64,000 nt of DNA from Octopus sinensis (GCF_006345805.1 NC_043005.1:14384001-14448000), one strand, 5' to 3'; positions 25,628-38,039 are shown, counted from the first letter of the stretch. The notes: generated by a model from the letters alone, not told the origin. A program made the numbers and translations.

Positions 25628-25739
25628 GCCTGGATGTCACTGTCCAAAGCAGACAAATATATGAAGAATAACCCAAGCTTATATCAAGAACTTCAGTCAC
25701 AGACTCTGGATTTGAAAGTAGAAGAAAGCATCAAACTAG
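25628..25739 (+). CDS. GRTP1: GRTP1-like exon C: AWMSLSKADKYMKNNPSLYQELQSQTLDLKVEESIKL
   Basis: Acceptor tttgtag at 25627; donor gt at 25740; 112 nt, phase 0 to 1. Confidence 0.9.
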
Positions 25740-26468
25740 GTGGGAATAATTTTCAAATTAAGCTAATTAGTACTAATATTATCAACTTAAATTGAGTTTT
25801 ATTGATTATTCTTTCAGTTATATTTATAAAGGAATTTTGAGAATTTCATGTTTCTCGGAAAGAATAAAACTTTTAATCAATTTGGCCACTCTTAGAGAAG
25901 GTACAATAGTATTCAATGACTTTAAAAAGCTATTTATCAAGCCTGTCAAATTTAAAGTAGATTAATATGTGGTGTTTATTATCAAAACAAATGTTTCTTA
26001 GATCATTAGTGCTACTCTTAATCAATGTATAGGCCTGTAGTATTTCCTTTCTGGTATATCCTTTCTGGTATAAAATTCTGCAAAGGTAAGTGTGACTCAG
26101 TTATGCAAGAACTGAGTTAGCCAAAAAAAAAAAAAAAAAGACATCAGTTTATTTTAAACAAACGATTTTCCCAAGCCAATGATCCTGGAATCTGTAACTT
26201 ATAAGTTCAATTTAAAACAAAAAAAGTGAAATTAGAAATGAGAAAATATCATGCTGATGATTAAAATTCAGGCTGTTCTCTGAAGAAATCTTAGTCTCCT
26301 GGAACCCTTCATGGCTACAACAGATCCACTACTGCATGATTTTCTTTGTAATGCAGCTTCGCAGAATAACCTTTTAGAACTTCATAATTCTCCTTGCCAT
26401 CCTGGCATTATAAAGTTGATGTAGTCTGTTTGGATCTGAAATTTTCTACATTCAGTGTTTACTATTAA

Positions 26469-26690
26469 CCCTTTTGTTACTGTATTTATTTTGAGATGCT
26501 CTGTGTTTTTCTCAATTATTTTAGATATAACAAAGAATTTAGTAAAATAATAAAGTTATCATTAAGCTAGTGTCAGAGACCATTAATTTTGACTAAGGTT
26601 TGGTGGAAGATTTTAATTCAAAATTTATGAAAACAAGACATTTGTACTACAGAGCCAGAGCCGGTTTCAGCCAGGTTGGTAACAAAAGGG
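26469..26690. mobile_element. piggyBac-type MITE
   Basis: TTAA|CCCTTTTGTTAC...GTAACAAAAGGG|TTAA. Confidence 0.88.
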
Positions 26691-27690
26691 TTAAACCTGT
26701 TATTTTTAGATGCCATTGTTTGACAAAGTTAAGGATCTGTTTCTATCACCAAGAACAATAACTTATAAGATCCCTGCATCCATTTCACTGCAGAATAATG
26801 GATTTTTATGAATCCATTACTTTCATCATCAAATAATAAATGTTGTTTAATTGTTGTTGATTGGTCCTATTTTCCATTTGCTTTCCCTTCTTATGACTCT
26901 TTAATTGAAGAAATTTAACTATTGGAATCAAATCCCCAGTAGGCATGTAGGCATGCATTCACTTTCTCAGTGGTTAGCAATTAGAGACCATAGCAATTAG
27001 AGACTTGAGCCTGCCAAAAATTACCTTAGATATAACTAAGGTTAAGTATGATGAGAGCGCACCAACTGAAAGTATTGATATTCTTGAAAATCCCCTTGAC
27101 TTATCTACTTTGACTTCCGACGAAGTTCCTATATAACAACTCAATCAAACAACAAATTAATGAATTGCCTTTTTGGACTTTGTGCTGTATTGTTCTACTT
27201 ACAATAAAAGACTTATTCAAAGATATGGTTATACTTGAAGGTTTTCTCTTATTTGATATAAAAATATAGAACATTTGAAATACTGTGCTGAAAATATTTT
27301 ACATATATAGAAAGAAAAGAAAAAAAAACATAATTTTATATTTTTTGATGGGGAAAAAGGTAATAGTGCTATGTCAACATCTGTTGTTGTTGTCATGCTT
27401 GAGTGATCTTTGATAAAAAAAAGATGCACCAGCTGTGACTACCATTCCCCCCCCCTTACACACAGTACTCAAGGTGTTCTTTAATTTATAAAACAGGAGT
27501 GATTTTTAGGGGAATTTGGCTGCTAATTGTGGCAGATTTAGTAACCACATGGGGGTTCCCTTAGTGGGTCAAATGTTTGTATTATGAGAATGCAGCACAA
27601 TAAACAAGTGTATTGGAACTGTGTGAAATCACAACCATAGCATATTACATATCATATATATACACATACATATATATGTATATATATATA

Positions 27691-27930
27691 TGCTTTTTAT
27701 GTACCAGTGGCATGTAAAAAGCACCATCCAAACGTGGCCAATGTCAGCTCCTCTAGCCCTTGTGCCAGTGGCATGTAAAAAGCACCTACTACACTCTCAG
27801 ATTGGTTGGCATTAGGAAGAGCATCCAGCTGTAGAAACACTGCCAAATCAGATTGGGGCCTGGTGCAGCCTCCTGGCTTCCCGGACCCCAGTTGAACCGT
27901 CCGACCCATGCCAGCATGGAAAACAGATGT
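27691..27930 (+). mobile_element. RTE 3'UTR-only copy with a 5' foldback
   Basis: Two modules, the terminal domain and the ccatgccagcatgg hairpin. Confidence 0.85.
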
Positions 27931-27939
27931 AATAAGAAG

Positions 27940-29950
27940 AGAGAGAGAGAGAGAAATATTGCAAGACTGTGTGAGAGAGAATCGTGATGTCATAGGAGAG
28001 AAATGTGTCCGCATGGATGATGGCTCACTTACATTTAACGAGGCTGCAAAGAGAGAGACTTGGAGATGCCACTGTGAAAGGTTGCTAAACGAAGAGAATG
28101 AATGGGAGTAAGAGAGTTTGCCAAATGTCGACCCAACAGAGAGATCAACTATCCGAATTGACAGTACCTTGGTAGATAAAGCAATTAAAGGTATGAAGAC
28201 AGGGAAAGCCCCCAGCCCATCAGGAATCACTGCAGAGATGCTTAAAATATCTGGCAGTGTAGGCTATAGTCTAGTCACCTGTATAGTCAATCAGCTGATA
28301 CATGAAGGAGTCATACCCAATGACTAGCACAGCAGCACCCTAGTCAACTGCTACAAAGGTAAATGTGACGCATTAGGTATCAAGTTGTTGGATCATATGA
28401 TGAAAGTCATGGAGAGGGTCATAGCCCAACTAATTAAGAAGAGAGTTAGTTTAGATGAGATGCAGTTTGGGTTTGTGCTATATTTCTGGTAAGACAACTG
28501 CAGGAGAAATACTTAGCCAACGATAAACCTCTATACTTGGCTTTTGTTGACATGGAGACAGCTTTTGACAGGGTCCCCCGATCCCTTATCTGGTGGTCAA
28601 TGCAGAAGCTAGAGATAAATGAGTGATTAGTGAGAGCTTTACAAGCTATATACAGGGATGCTGTCAGTAAGGTGAGGGTTGACAATGAGTATAGTGAAGA
28701 ATTCTGGATAGGGGTCCACCAAAGATCAGTCCTCAGTCCCCTCTTATTCATCATAGTCCTCCAGGCAATAACAGAGGAATTCAAAACAGGATGCCCCCAG
28801 GAGCTCCTCTATACTGATGACCTTGCTCTAATAGCTGAGTCACTATCAGAACTAGAGGAGAAGTACTAGGTGTGAAAGCAAGGTCTAGAATCGAAGGGCC
28901 TTAGAGTCAATCTAACAAAAAACAAATCCCTTTAGGTTGATGGCCCTGTTTGATCTGTAGAGAAGGCATAGCTAGATGTACCTGGTATAAACTATGGACA
29001 CATAAGAGGTGCAGCAATATCCAAAGGGTTTAGAAAACAGCTTCCGTCACATACCAGGGGAAAAACTAGAAGTAGTTGATAGCTTCTGTTACCTAGGTGA
29101 CCAAGTCAGTAGTGTAGCTGCCAGAATAAGAATAGCCTGGGCAAAGTTCAGAGAGCTACTACTTCTACTGGTAACAAAGGGCCTCTCACTCAGAGTGAAA
29201 GGTAGACTACAATGCATGTGTGCAAACAGCCATGCTACACATCAGTGAAATATGGGTCGTGACTACTGAGGACATGCATAAGCTTGCAAGAAATGAAGCT
29301 TGTATGCTCTGCTGGATGTGTACTGTCAGTGTACATACACAATAGACTATAAGCACCCTGAGAGAAAAGTTGGACATAAGAAGCATCAGATGTGTGTGCA
29401 AGAGAGACAACTGCACTGGTATGGTCATGTGTTGCATGTGGATGAGGACAGCTGTATTAAAAAGTGTCACACCCTGACAGTGGAGGTAACCTGTGGAAGA
29501 GGTAGGCCCAGGAAGACCTGGGATGAGGTGGTGAAGCATGACCTTTGAACATTGGGCCTCATGGAAGCAACGGCAAGTAACCGAGTCCTTTGGAAATATG
29601 CTGTGCTTGAGAAGACTCGGCAAGCCAAGTGAGACCATAACTGGCCTATGCCTGTGTTGCATAACCGGCCCATTTAAAAGTAATCTTCAATCGTTGGGCA
29701 ATAAACTGTGTTTGAGAAGACCTGTTGAGTCAAGTGAAATCATTGTTGTGGCTGACGCCAGAACTGCCTGACTGGCACCCACTACACTCATGGAATGGTT
29801 GGCAGTAGAAAGGGCATCCAACTGTAGAAACCAAACCAGATCAGATTGGAGCTTGGTGTAGCTTTCTGGCTTGCCAGTCCTCAGTCAAACCATCTAACCC
29901 ATACCAACATGGAAAGCAGATGTTAAATGATGCTGATGATGATGATGATG
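27940..29950 (+). mobile_element. About 2-kb RTE LINE relic (RT domain to tail)
   Basis: KAIKGMKTGKAPSPSGITAEMLK; IGVHQRSVLSPLLFIIV; ELLYTDDLALIAES; WYGHV; tail. Multiple stops and frameshifts. Confidence 0.92.
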
Positions 29951-29954
29951 ATAC

Positions 29955-29986
<32 letters not shown>

Positions 29987-30328
29987 CTATGGTACCTGGT
30001 GATGATGATGGTGGTGGCAGATTCAACCATTTGAAATGTGTTTAACCAGAAACCCATAATGAAGTTGACACTTCTAAAAATATTTCCATATGATTTAAGT
30101 CTTAATTTACTTCTTATATCAAGTAAACCTTCTCATGAAAGGCAGAACTAATCAAATTGTTAGGTTATAGCATTGTCAGCAAAAGTTCTGTCCAGTTAAT
30201 TTCCTTTAAAGCTTGGTAGCCCAGATCATTGTGTGCATGTATGTGTGTGTATATGTGTGTGTGTGCGTGCGTGCGTGTTTGTACTTGCTTGCTTTTTTTA
30301 AAATATTGTTTAAATCTCTTCTTCACAG

Positions 30329-30459
30329 ATCTTCATCGAACATTTCCAGAGAATATTTATTTCAGTGACACAAATGATACAGAGAGTAGCTTACAAGTCC
30401 CTCTGTACAACGTTCTCAAAGCCTTAGCAATAAAGAATAATAAAATAGCATACTGCCAG
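30329..30459 (+). CDS. GRTP1: GRTP1-like exon D: (D)LHRTFPENIYFSDTNDTESSLQVPLYNVLKALAIKNNKIAYCQ
   Basis: Acceptor cttcacag at 30328; donor gtaaaa at 30460; carries the catalytic Arg and Gln fingers. Confidence 0.95.
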
Positions 30460-31052
30460 GTAAAAATTTTTCTTTTCAAATCTTTAATACTGATACCAAG
30501 AAAAAAAAAATCATTAAAATTTTACACCTTTTTTCCATACCTGCATAGATTGGACAGATCTACTGTTTCACTACCTGCTGCAGTACAGTATCTTGGCATT
30601 TCTTTTATGAGGTTCTGTACCTTGGAGTCAGCCTTCACCACTTCTTCCCATGTAGTTTTCGGTTTCTATTTTGATGGGTTCCTTCTACTTTGCTTTCTAG
30701 AAATTCTGTCCCCAACTGTCAAACTCCATGTTCCATCACATGTCTGTCCCCGTGCAGTCTCCTCTCTTGCATTCTACATGTGGTTCTTTTTTGTACCTAG
30801 ATTTTCTCTCAACACATCTGTCATCCATCGTCTACATAAACTAACATCATACAGCCAGTAGAGCATGTTTGCCTTTTTCCTATCCAGCCATGACACAACC
30901 TTCACATTCAGAGCCCATGTTTTTCAACCAAGCAAATCAATAAATATTAGAATAATCTGAAATATCTGAAGAAATCAAAAGTAAAGAAAGCCCCTGTGAT
31001 CCACTGGAGATTTGTGGTTGCTTCACATACAATGTAATGGAAACATATATTA

Positions 31053-31326
31053 GAGGGTAAAGACCCCCTTCAATCATGAATGACTGTGGGATTGCACCTA
31101 GAAAGTTCCCCTCCAAGGCACAAGTCCGGGCAAGGTAGTTTATGGAAGACCAGCAGTGGCCCATGCATACAAGCCTCTCCTCTCCACACCATTGACCAGT
31201 GACATTGTAACTCATCTCTACAGCTGAGTGAACTGGAGCAACATGAAGTAAAGTGTTTTGCTTAAGAACACAACACACAGCCTGGTCCAGGAATTGAACT
31301 CACTACCTCATGATAGTGAGCTCAAT
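31053..31326 (-). mobile_element. tRNA-derived SINE family 4
   Basis: Reverse complement of 52646-52941; head interrupted by the adjacent SINE1. Confidence 0.8.
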
Positions 31327-31330
31327 AATA

Positions 31331-31713
31331 AAGCTTGCTTACAAACCATATGGTTCCAGGTTCAGTCCCACTGCATGGCATCTTGGGCAAGTGTCTTCTA
31401 CTATAGCCTTGGGCCAACTAAAGCCTTGTGAGTGGATTTGGTAGACGGAAACTGAAAGAAGCCTGTCATATATATGTATATCTATGTGTGTGTCTATGTG
31501 TTTGTGTGTCTGTGTTTGTTCCCCCAACATCGCTTGACAACCGATGCTGGAGTGTTTACACCCCTGTAAGTTAGCGGTTTGGCAAAAGAGATCGATAGAA
31601 TAAGTACTAGGCTTACAAAGAATAAGTCCTGGGGTTGATTTGCTTGACTAAAGGCAGTGCTCCAGCATGGCCACTGTCAAAATTACTGAAACAATTAAAA
31701 GAGTAAAAGAGTA
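31331..31713 (+). mobile_element. SINE family 1
   Basis: Family match; first few nucleotides missing. Confidence 0.88.
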
Positions 31714-32284
31714 TTTGTTTTGTGAATTTTTTAATGATATCAAATAAACTGAACAAACCACATTTGGTTAAATAGTATCCAACTTTTCTGGAGTTAATTA
31801 ATTAATCATATTTTTCTTTGTCACAGTACATCAGAATTCGATAAGGACGGTCATTTTATAATCCACCTGCTGTTTGTGCAAATTTTTGTTTTTAACTTTT
31901 AGAGTTATACATTTATAAATGACCTGCTGCAATAATTATTTATACCTACTGTTGTTGATGTTGTTTTTCTTTAGCCCCAGTTTGGTCAAAGATGTTCAAG
32001 TTGTGATAATTTCATTTTTGTTTAAGATAATCAGATGACCTCATCGGTTTGTGCTTGCTGTTGTTATTGCTTGCTGGGCATCTTAAAATAAATCACAAGT
32101 AACTGACCAATCAAAACATTTGATCAGTTTTTTTTTCAGCTGTTGCTTTCCTGTTTCTTTCTTTTCTTTTTTTTTTCCATAAAGGTACATGGCCTAGTAG
32201 TTATGTCATTGGACTCGTGAGCATAAGGTCTAGGGTTCAATTTTCACACTGGTATTGGTTAGTATATATATCACTGTAGCTTAG

Positions 32285-32595
32285 TTTTTTTTTACGTGTC
32301 ACCTGCACACTTATGCCGGAGTGCAGGTGACGTGTTAAAAAAATTAAAAAACCACGATTTTTTTGTGGCTGTTGCCAGTACCGCTTGACTGGCCCTCGTG
32401 CTGGTGGCACGTAAAAGCATCCACTACACTCTTGGAGTGGTTGGCGTTAGGAAGGGCATCGAGCTGTAGAAACTCTGCCAGATCAAGATTGGAGCCTGGT
32501 GCAGCCATCTGGTTTGCCAGTCCTCAGTCAAATCGTCCAACCCATGCTAGCATGGAAAGCGGACATTAAACGATGATGATGATGATGATGATGAT
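32285..32595 (+). mobile_element. RTE 3'UTR-only copy with an inverted 5' duplication
   Basis: Module, terminal domain and (GAT)n tail. Confidence 0.85.
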
Positions 32596-32765
32596 ACCAA
32601 AGTAAGTACCAGACTTGGGTACTGTAGTTGATTTGACTAACTAAAACCTCCAAGTTGATGCTCCATTAGAGTCACAGTCTATTGATTGAAACAAGTAAGG
32701 GAGTAAAAGCAATCCTGCTGTGACCATTCCATCTATTTTTCAGACAGTTTATTTAGTACTTTTTT

Positions 32766-33155
32766 ATCAACCATCGTACAAACAATAACTCTGAGCACCT
32801 TTTTAAACTCCACCCATCTAACACCCGTGGACATATTTACAAAGTCAGAAAGCAGCACAGCTCCCATGACTTCAGGAAACATTTTTTCACGCTGAGAGTT
32901 GCTGAAGCATGGAACAAACTGCCGGCATCAGTTGTTAGTTGTCGGAGCACTGCATCCTTCAAAACTTCCATGCTTCCTGAGATTTGCCAACACTACACCT
33001 GATTTTCTCCCCTCCATACACACACAAGCATGTATCTGACTCATACACTGTTCGCTTTCCAGACATTTGTACATTACTGCATATACTTTATATGCACTTT
33101 TTGACAAGTTGTGGTGCACCGGAGCACTGTATACAATAATTTCATTATTATTATT
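32766..33155 (+). mobile_element. CR1 LINE 3' end
   Basis: ..FTKSESSTAPMTS-frame / RKHFFTLRVAEAWNKLP; (TTA)n tail. Confidence 0.88.
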
Positions 33156-33564
33156 TGTTTAAAGACATTTGAATGAAAATTTCAAGGTTTATATTTTTAA
33201 CTCACAAATGACCCTCATTATTCCATTCTTTTCTTAAATTTTACTTTATATTTATCCAATTCTCATCAAACAGTTTTATGAAGTGACCTAAATTGTTGAA
33301 ACCCTTTACATTAGAAACAGCTTAGATTTAGCATTTTATCTCATCTTCAGCAGGAACCAGAATGGTTAAGTAAGCCTAGTTTCTGTACTGCTTTACCCCC
33401 TCCCCATATCTCCCTTTCCCCCTCTTCTCTCTCCCTCTTGAAATGGAATGTAAATTCATCTGTTGACTGTATTCTATAATCTATTCCAACCCAGTTTATA
33501 AAGCAACCTGGAAAATAAATTGAAATATTTAAACAAATCTATTTAATTTATTTTCTTAAATATT

Positions 33565-33915
33565 TGTGGCTGTTGCCAGCCTCGCCTGGCCCCCGTGCCG
33601 GTGGCACCTAAAAAGCACCTGCTAATTGTGGCCGTTGCCAGCCTCGCCTGGCCCCCGTGCCGGTGGCACGTAAAAAGCACCATCCGTCCGTGGCCGTTTG
33701 CCAGCTCCGTCTGGCACCTGTGCGGGTGGCACGTAAAAAGCACCCACTACACTCACGGAGTGGTTGGCATTAGGAAGGGCATCCAGCCGTAGAAACACTG
33801 CCAGATCAGACTGGGCCTGATGCAGCCTTCTGGCTTCACAGACCCCAGTTGAACCATCCAATCCATGCTAGCATGGAAAACGGACACTAAATGATGATGA
33901 TGATGATAATGATGA
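33565..33915 (+). mobile_element. RTE 3'UTR-only copy with three modules
   Basis: GTGC.GGTGGCAC.TAAAAAGCACC at 33595, 33657 and 33720. A further tail fragment lies at 34020-34172. Confidence 0.9.
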
Positions 33916-34386
33916 TTCTCAGATAAACTACTTCATTTCTAATGGCAAAAACCGATTCTATTTTATCTTCTCTGTTTCTTTGATATAAATATAATGGAAT
34001 GTCTATCCAATCACCAACCTACTTGGCGTTAGGAAGGGCATCCAGCTGTAGAAACATTGCCAGATAAGACTGGAGCCTAGTGCAGCCTTCTGGCTTCCCA
34101 GATCCCCGGTCGAACCGTCCAACCCATGCTAGCATGGAGAACGGACGTTAAACGATGATGATGATGATGATGTCCCAAACTATCTACTTTACCATATTAT
34201 TAATATTTATAGAGCTAGAGTATGATCCACTGAGTTATCCCCCGTGCATTATTGATATATGAGAGCATAGATAGCCAAATTGATACAGAATCAGCCAATG
34301 AGTCAAGAGGTTGGCAATTCGTGCCTTGGGATCAACAAAGCTTGTGTCCAGTTTCTAGACCAAATTAACTTTTCTTCATTGTTTAA

Positions 34387-34604
34387 CCCTTTTGTTACCA
34401 ACCCGGATGAAACTGGCTCTGGCTCTGAGTACAAATGTCCTGTTTTCATAAATTTTGAATTAAAATCTACCAAACCGTACTCACAATTTATGTTACTAAC
34501 ACTAGCTGAATGATAACTAAGTTATTTTACTAAATTCTTTGTTATATTTAAAATTGATTGAAAGAAACACAGAGCATTTCAAAATAAATACAGTAACAAA
34601 AGGG
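34387..34604. mobile_element. piggyBac-type MITE, inverted relative to 26469-26690
   Basis: TTAA|CCCTTTTGTTAC...GTAACAAAAGGG|TTAA; internal sequence is the reverse complement of the first copy. Confidence 0.88.
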
Positions 34605-35235
34605 TTAAAGAGGACCAGTATCCATGAGTTTTCTCATGTACAAGCTTAAATATAAATTGATGTTAAGAGAGAGAATATAAGGGATTGCTGTTCTGAGAGA
34701 AAGGTGACTGGGAAATATTCAGGGTAGAGTTTGAGTGATAAGAGGAAGAGGGGTAGGTGTAATAGTTGGGTTTGAGTTAGGTGAGATATACAACTTGCTG
34801 CTTTATAGGAACAGGAACTGTTGTAGTTATATGTGAGAGAGAGAGAGAGAGAAGGTGGGGTATATGTAATAGTATGTCAGTAAGTGGAAGTTTGCCAGTC
34901 AGTTGGACAGGTCATTTTGGATGTAGTCCAGAATGTCCATGTTGTCTAATAGTTAAATTACTCCAGATGTATGATCAATATTCCAATGTAGGAATCGCAG
35001 TTATTATGATTCACCAATGTTAGCCATGCTAGCACTGTAGTTCACTGGTTTTCTGTGGCAAAGATTACCTGGTTACTATCCAGTCCCAGCAATAACACAC
35101 CTTTTCTTCATTTTATCCCAATCTCAGCAATATTCTCAGATTTACCCCTCTCCCTCCATCAACAATACCACCAAGAGTTACCTCATTGCCATAAATACTC
35201 TAGAACTAACTTGGTCTTATAATATGGACATTCCT

Positions 35236-35868
35236 AAGGCGGCAAGCTGGCAGAAAGGTTAGCATGCTGAGCGAAATGCTTAGCGGTATTTCGTCTGCTG
35301 TTACGTTCTGAGTTCAAATTCCACCGAGGTCGACTTTTCCTTTCATCCTTTTGGGGTCAATAAATTAAGTACCAGTTACACACTGGGGTCGATGTAATCG
35401 ATTTAATCCCTTTGTCTGACCTTGTTTGTCCACTCTATGTTTAGCCCCTTGTGGGCAATAAAGAAATAAGAAACGTTAGCATATTAGGCGAAATGCTTAG
35501 CAGTATTTCTGCCATTACATTCTGAGTTCAAATTCTGCTGAGGTCGACTTTGCCTTTCATCCTTTCAGGGTCGATGAATTAAGTACCAGTTGCATACTGG
35601 GGTCGATCTAATTGACTGGTCCCTTCCCCAAAGATTTTGGGCCTTATGCCTAGAGTAGAAAAAGAAAAAGAAACGTTAGCACGCTGGGTGAAATGCTTAG
35701 CGGCATTTTGTGTGTCTTTATGTTCTGAGTTCAAATTCTGCTGAGGTTGACTTTGCCTTTCATCCTTTTGGGGTCGATAAATTAAGTACCCTGTTGTGTA
35801 CTTTAAGTCGATCTAATCAACTGGCCCCCTTCCTCAAAATTTCAGGCCTTATGCCTCGAGTACAAAAG
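35236..35868 (+). mobile_element. SINE family 2 trimer flanked by a 15-bp TSD
   Basis: One head and three bodies; aatatggacattcct at 35221-35235 and 35869-35883. Confidence 0.9.
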
Positions 35869-36024
35869 AATATGGACATTCCTCCATCTTAATTACTATT
35901 TGACTGGATTACATGAAATGTTTGAATAAACTATAGTGTATTATTTGTATATAAACCTGTCATTTAACAAATTTATTTTGTTTTACTTTGCAAAATCTTA
36001 AAGTCATTTTCTTATTTCAAACAG

Positions 36025-36121
36025 GGTATGAATTTTGTAGCTGGTTTGTTGCTTATAACTGTGAAAAATCAAGAAAAAGTATTCTGGTTAATGGACACTT
36101 TAATGAATGAGATTTTACCAG
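36025..36121 (+). CDS. GRTP1: GRTP1-like exon E: GMNFVAGLLLITVKNQEKVFWLMDTLMNEILP
   Basis: Acceptor aaacag at 36024; donor gttagt at 36122; GMNF motif continues YCQ from exon D. Confidence 0.95.
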
Positions 36122-36684
36122 GTTAGTTCACATTTCTGAGATTTTTTTAACAACATAAAATGGTAACAATGATCTTATTTTTCTGTCAGAAATAGAGGAA
36201 TTCTAGATTAAATAAATGTTTAATAGTATTTTATCTCATTTCTGAAAGCTGCAGAGGCATAGCCATGTGTTTAAGCAGTTTTTTTCAAAACCATGTGGAC
36301 CGCAGTTTGGTTACACTATATGACATTTTTTGGGCAAAGGTTTTCAATGTAGCCTTAGGTTGAGCAGTACCTTGTGAATGGAATTTGGTTGACAAAAACT
36401 GTGCAGAAACTGCTTGTGTGTGTGAGTAAACAGCTGCTTCTATTTGACGTATTGTGGATGGTTGCTGGGATATGATTTTGTGATACAAAACCACATTGAC
36501 TAGATCACTTACACATGTTATCACAGATCAGTCCATGATAAGCATAACATGGTTCACAGTAGAGCGTATCATGTTATCCCAGATCAGTGATAAATGAATC
36601 AATGATAAACAAGGTTACATGTATAATTGAATAGTTGATTATATTGACATAATACTTGACTGGCATTAATTTCTGCGTCGCCTT

Positions 36685-36995
36685 ACTGGTACTTGTGCTG
36701 GTGGCACGTGAAAAAACATTCGAGCGAGGTCGTTGCAAGTTCCGCTGGACTGGCTCCTGTGCAGGTGGCACATAAAAAAAAACACCATTTGAGCATGACT
36801 GGCGCTCGTGCCGGTGGTACATAAAAGCACCCACTACACTCTCGGAGTGGTTGGTGTTAGGAAGGGCATCCAGCTGTAGAAACTCTGCCAGATCAGATTG
36901 GAGTCTGGTGCAGCCATCTAGTTCGCCAGACCTCAGTCAAATCATCCAACCCATGCTAGCATGGAACGCTTTCGTTAAACGATGATGATGATGAT
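36685..36995 (+). mobile_element. RTE 3'UTR-only copy
   Basis: Three modules, terminal domain and tail. Confidence 0.88.
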
Positions 36996-37093
36996 AATCA
37001 AATTCTAAGTTTTTTAACATAAAAATTGATGGAATATAGTTGTTCTGTTCTGTTTTAGTTTTTTGAAAATATTTCCTTTGTCTTCTGTTGCAG

Positions 37094-37157
37094 ATTTTTA
37101 CAATCCTGACATGAAAGCACTCAAAGCCGAGCAGGAGTTGTTGGGGCAAATTGTGAG
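37094..37157 (+). CDS. GRTP1: GRTP1-like exon F (64 nt): (D)FYNPDMKALKAEQELLGQIV
   Basis: Acceptor gttgcag at 37093; donor gttcgt at 37158; phase 1 to 2. Confidence 0.9.
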
Positions 37158-37199
37158 GTTCGTCTGTTTAACCTTTTACCATTGTTAATTACTTTAAAC

Positions 37200-37420
37200 A
37201 TGTCACACAAGCCAATGAGGGAGCGTCTGTATGGTTGCTTGGTAAGCTAGAAATAGTAGCCAAATCTCCTTCAGGTAACAGCGTATTGGTTTAAAACTGG
37301 AAGGACATATTGAATAAGGTAGTCCAGATATATTATGTTTCAAAATAAAAGACAGGATGGTCGTGGATGATATACATTCAATCATAGAACTGCTTAAGTG
37401 GGGCTGAACAATAACCCTTG
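37200..37420 (+). repeat. Old interspersed repeat family (GAAATAGCAGCCAAAT...GGGCTAAACAAC type), class uncertain
   Basis: Diverged relatives at about 3900-3970, 7810-8045, 17090-17330, 27470-27560, 40250-40450, 43850-44040 and 45260-45400. Confidence 0.5.
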
Positions 37421-37523
37421 ATAATAATGAAATTACAGAAGTAGAATTTGAATTTAGAATGCAGAGAACTTGAACTAACATTACCAGGCCTACTAGACAA
37501 CACTTAAGCAATTCTACTAGTTC

Positions 37524-37560
<37 letters not shown>

Positions 37561-38039
37561 GTCATTGACTTGTGACTCGTCTGCATTTAGAAAACTGATA
37601 GTATGCAAGCTCAATAGAAAAAACGATTCTGTAGCACGCTTTCGTGCATAGCTGTATCAAGGGAAATAACTCGTTCAGAAAAATAGCTTTTCTTTAGACA
37701 GCATGAAGAGTTAGTTAACGTAATTTATGCAGTGAAGATTAAAGAAAGTAAAAATAATGTGAATAGTTTATTTACATGAAGAATAAATTAATTCATTGAA
37801 TAATGTTAGTTCAGTTTTGCTTTTGGGAAACAAAAAGTTACCTATCTGTGGTTCAACGTTGAAAAACTATGGGAATGTCTTGACCTTTCAACTTAGAAAA
37901 TTATTGAAAACAGCAAATGAATGAAAGAATAAACTGAATTAAAAAAATACGGCAAGGAAAAATACTTCTCACTCAATTTCAGAATTTTGCTGAATGTTTT
38001 TATCGTATAACTAAATGGTGTAACGACTATATACGGGAT

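Noticed and set aside
30229-30861. 210-aa ORF
   Set aside because: Only 30329-30459 is the real exon; the rest is intronic read-through (TG repeat upstream, no homology downstream).
32285-32343. Rho-independent terminator
   Set aside because: The DNA is eukaryotic, and the hairpin is explained by inverted duplication of an RTE module.
33619-33681. HDV-like ribozyme (CAG-CCUCGC-CUG resembles P3/L3)
   Set aside because: I could not build a 7-bp P1, a P1.1, or a correctly ordered P2 around it.
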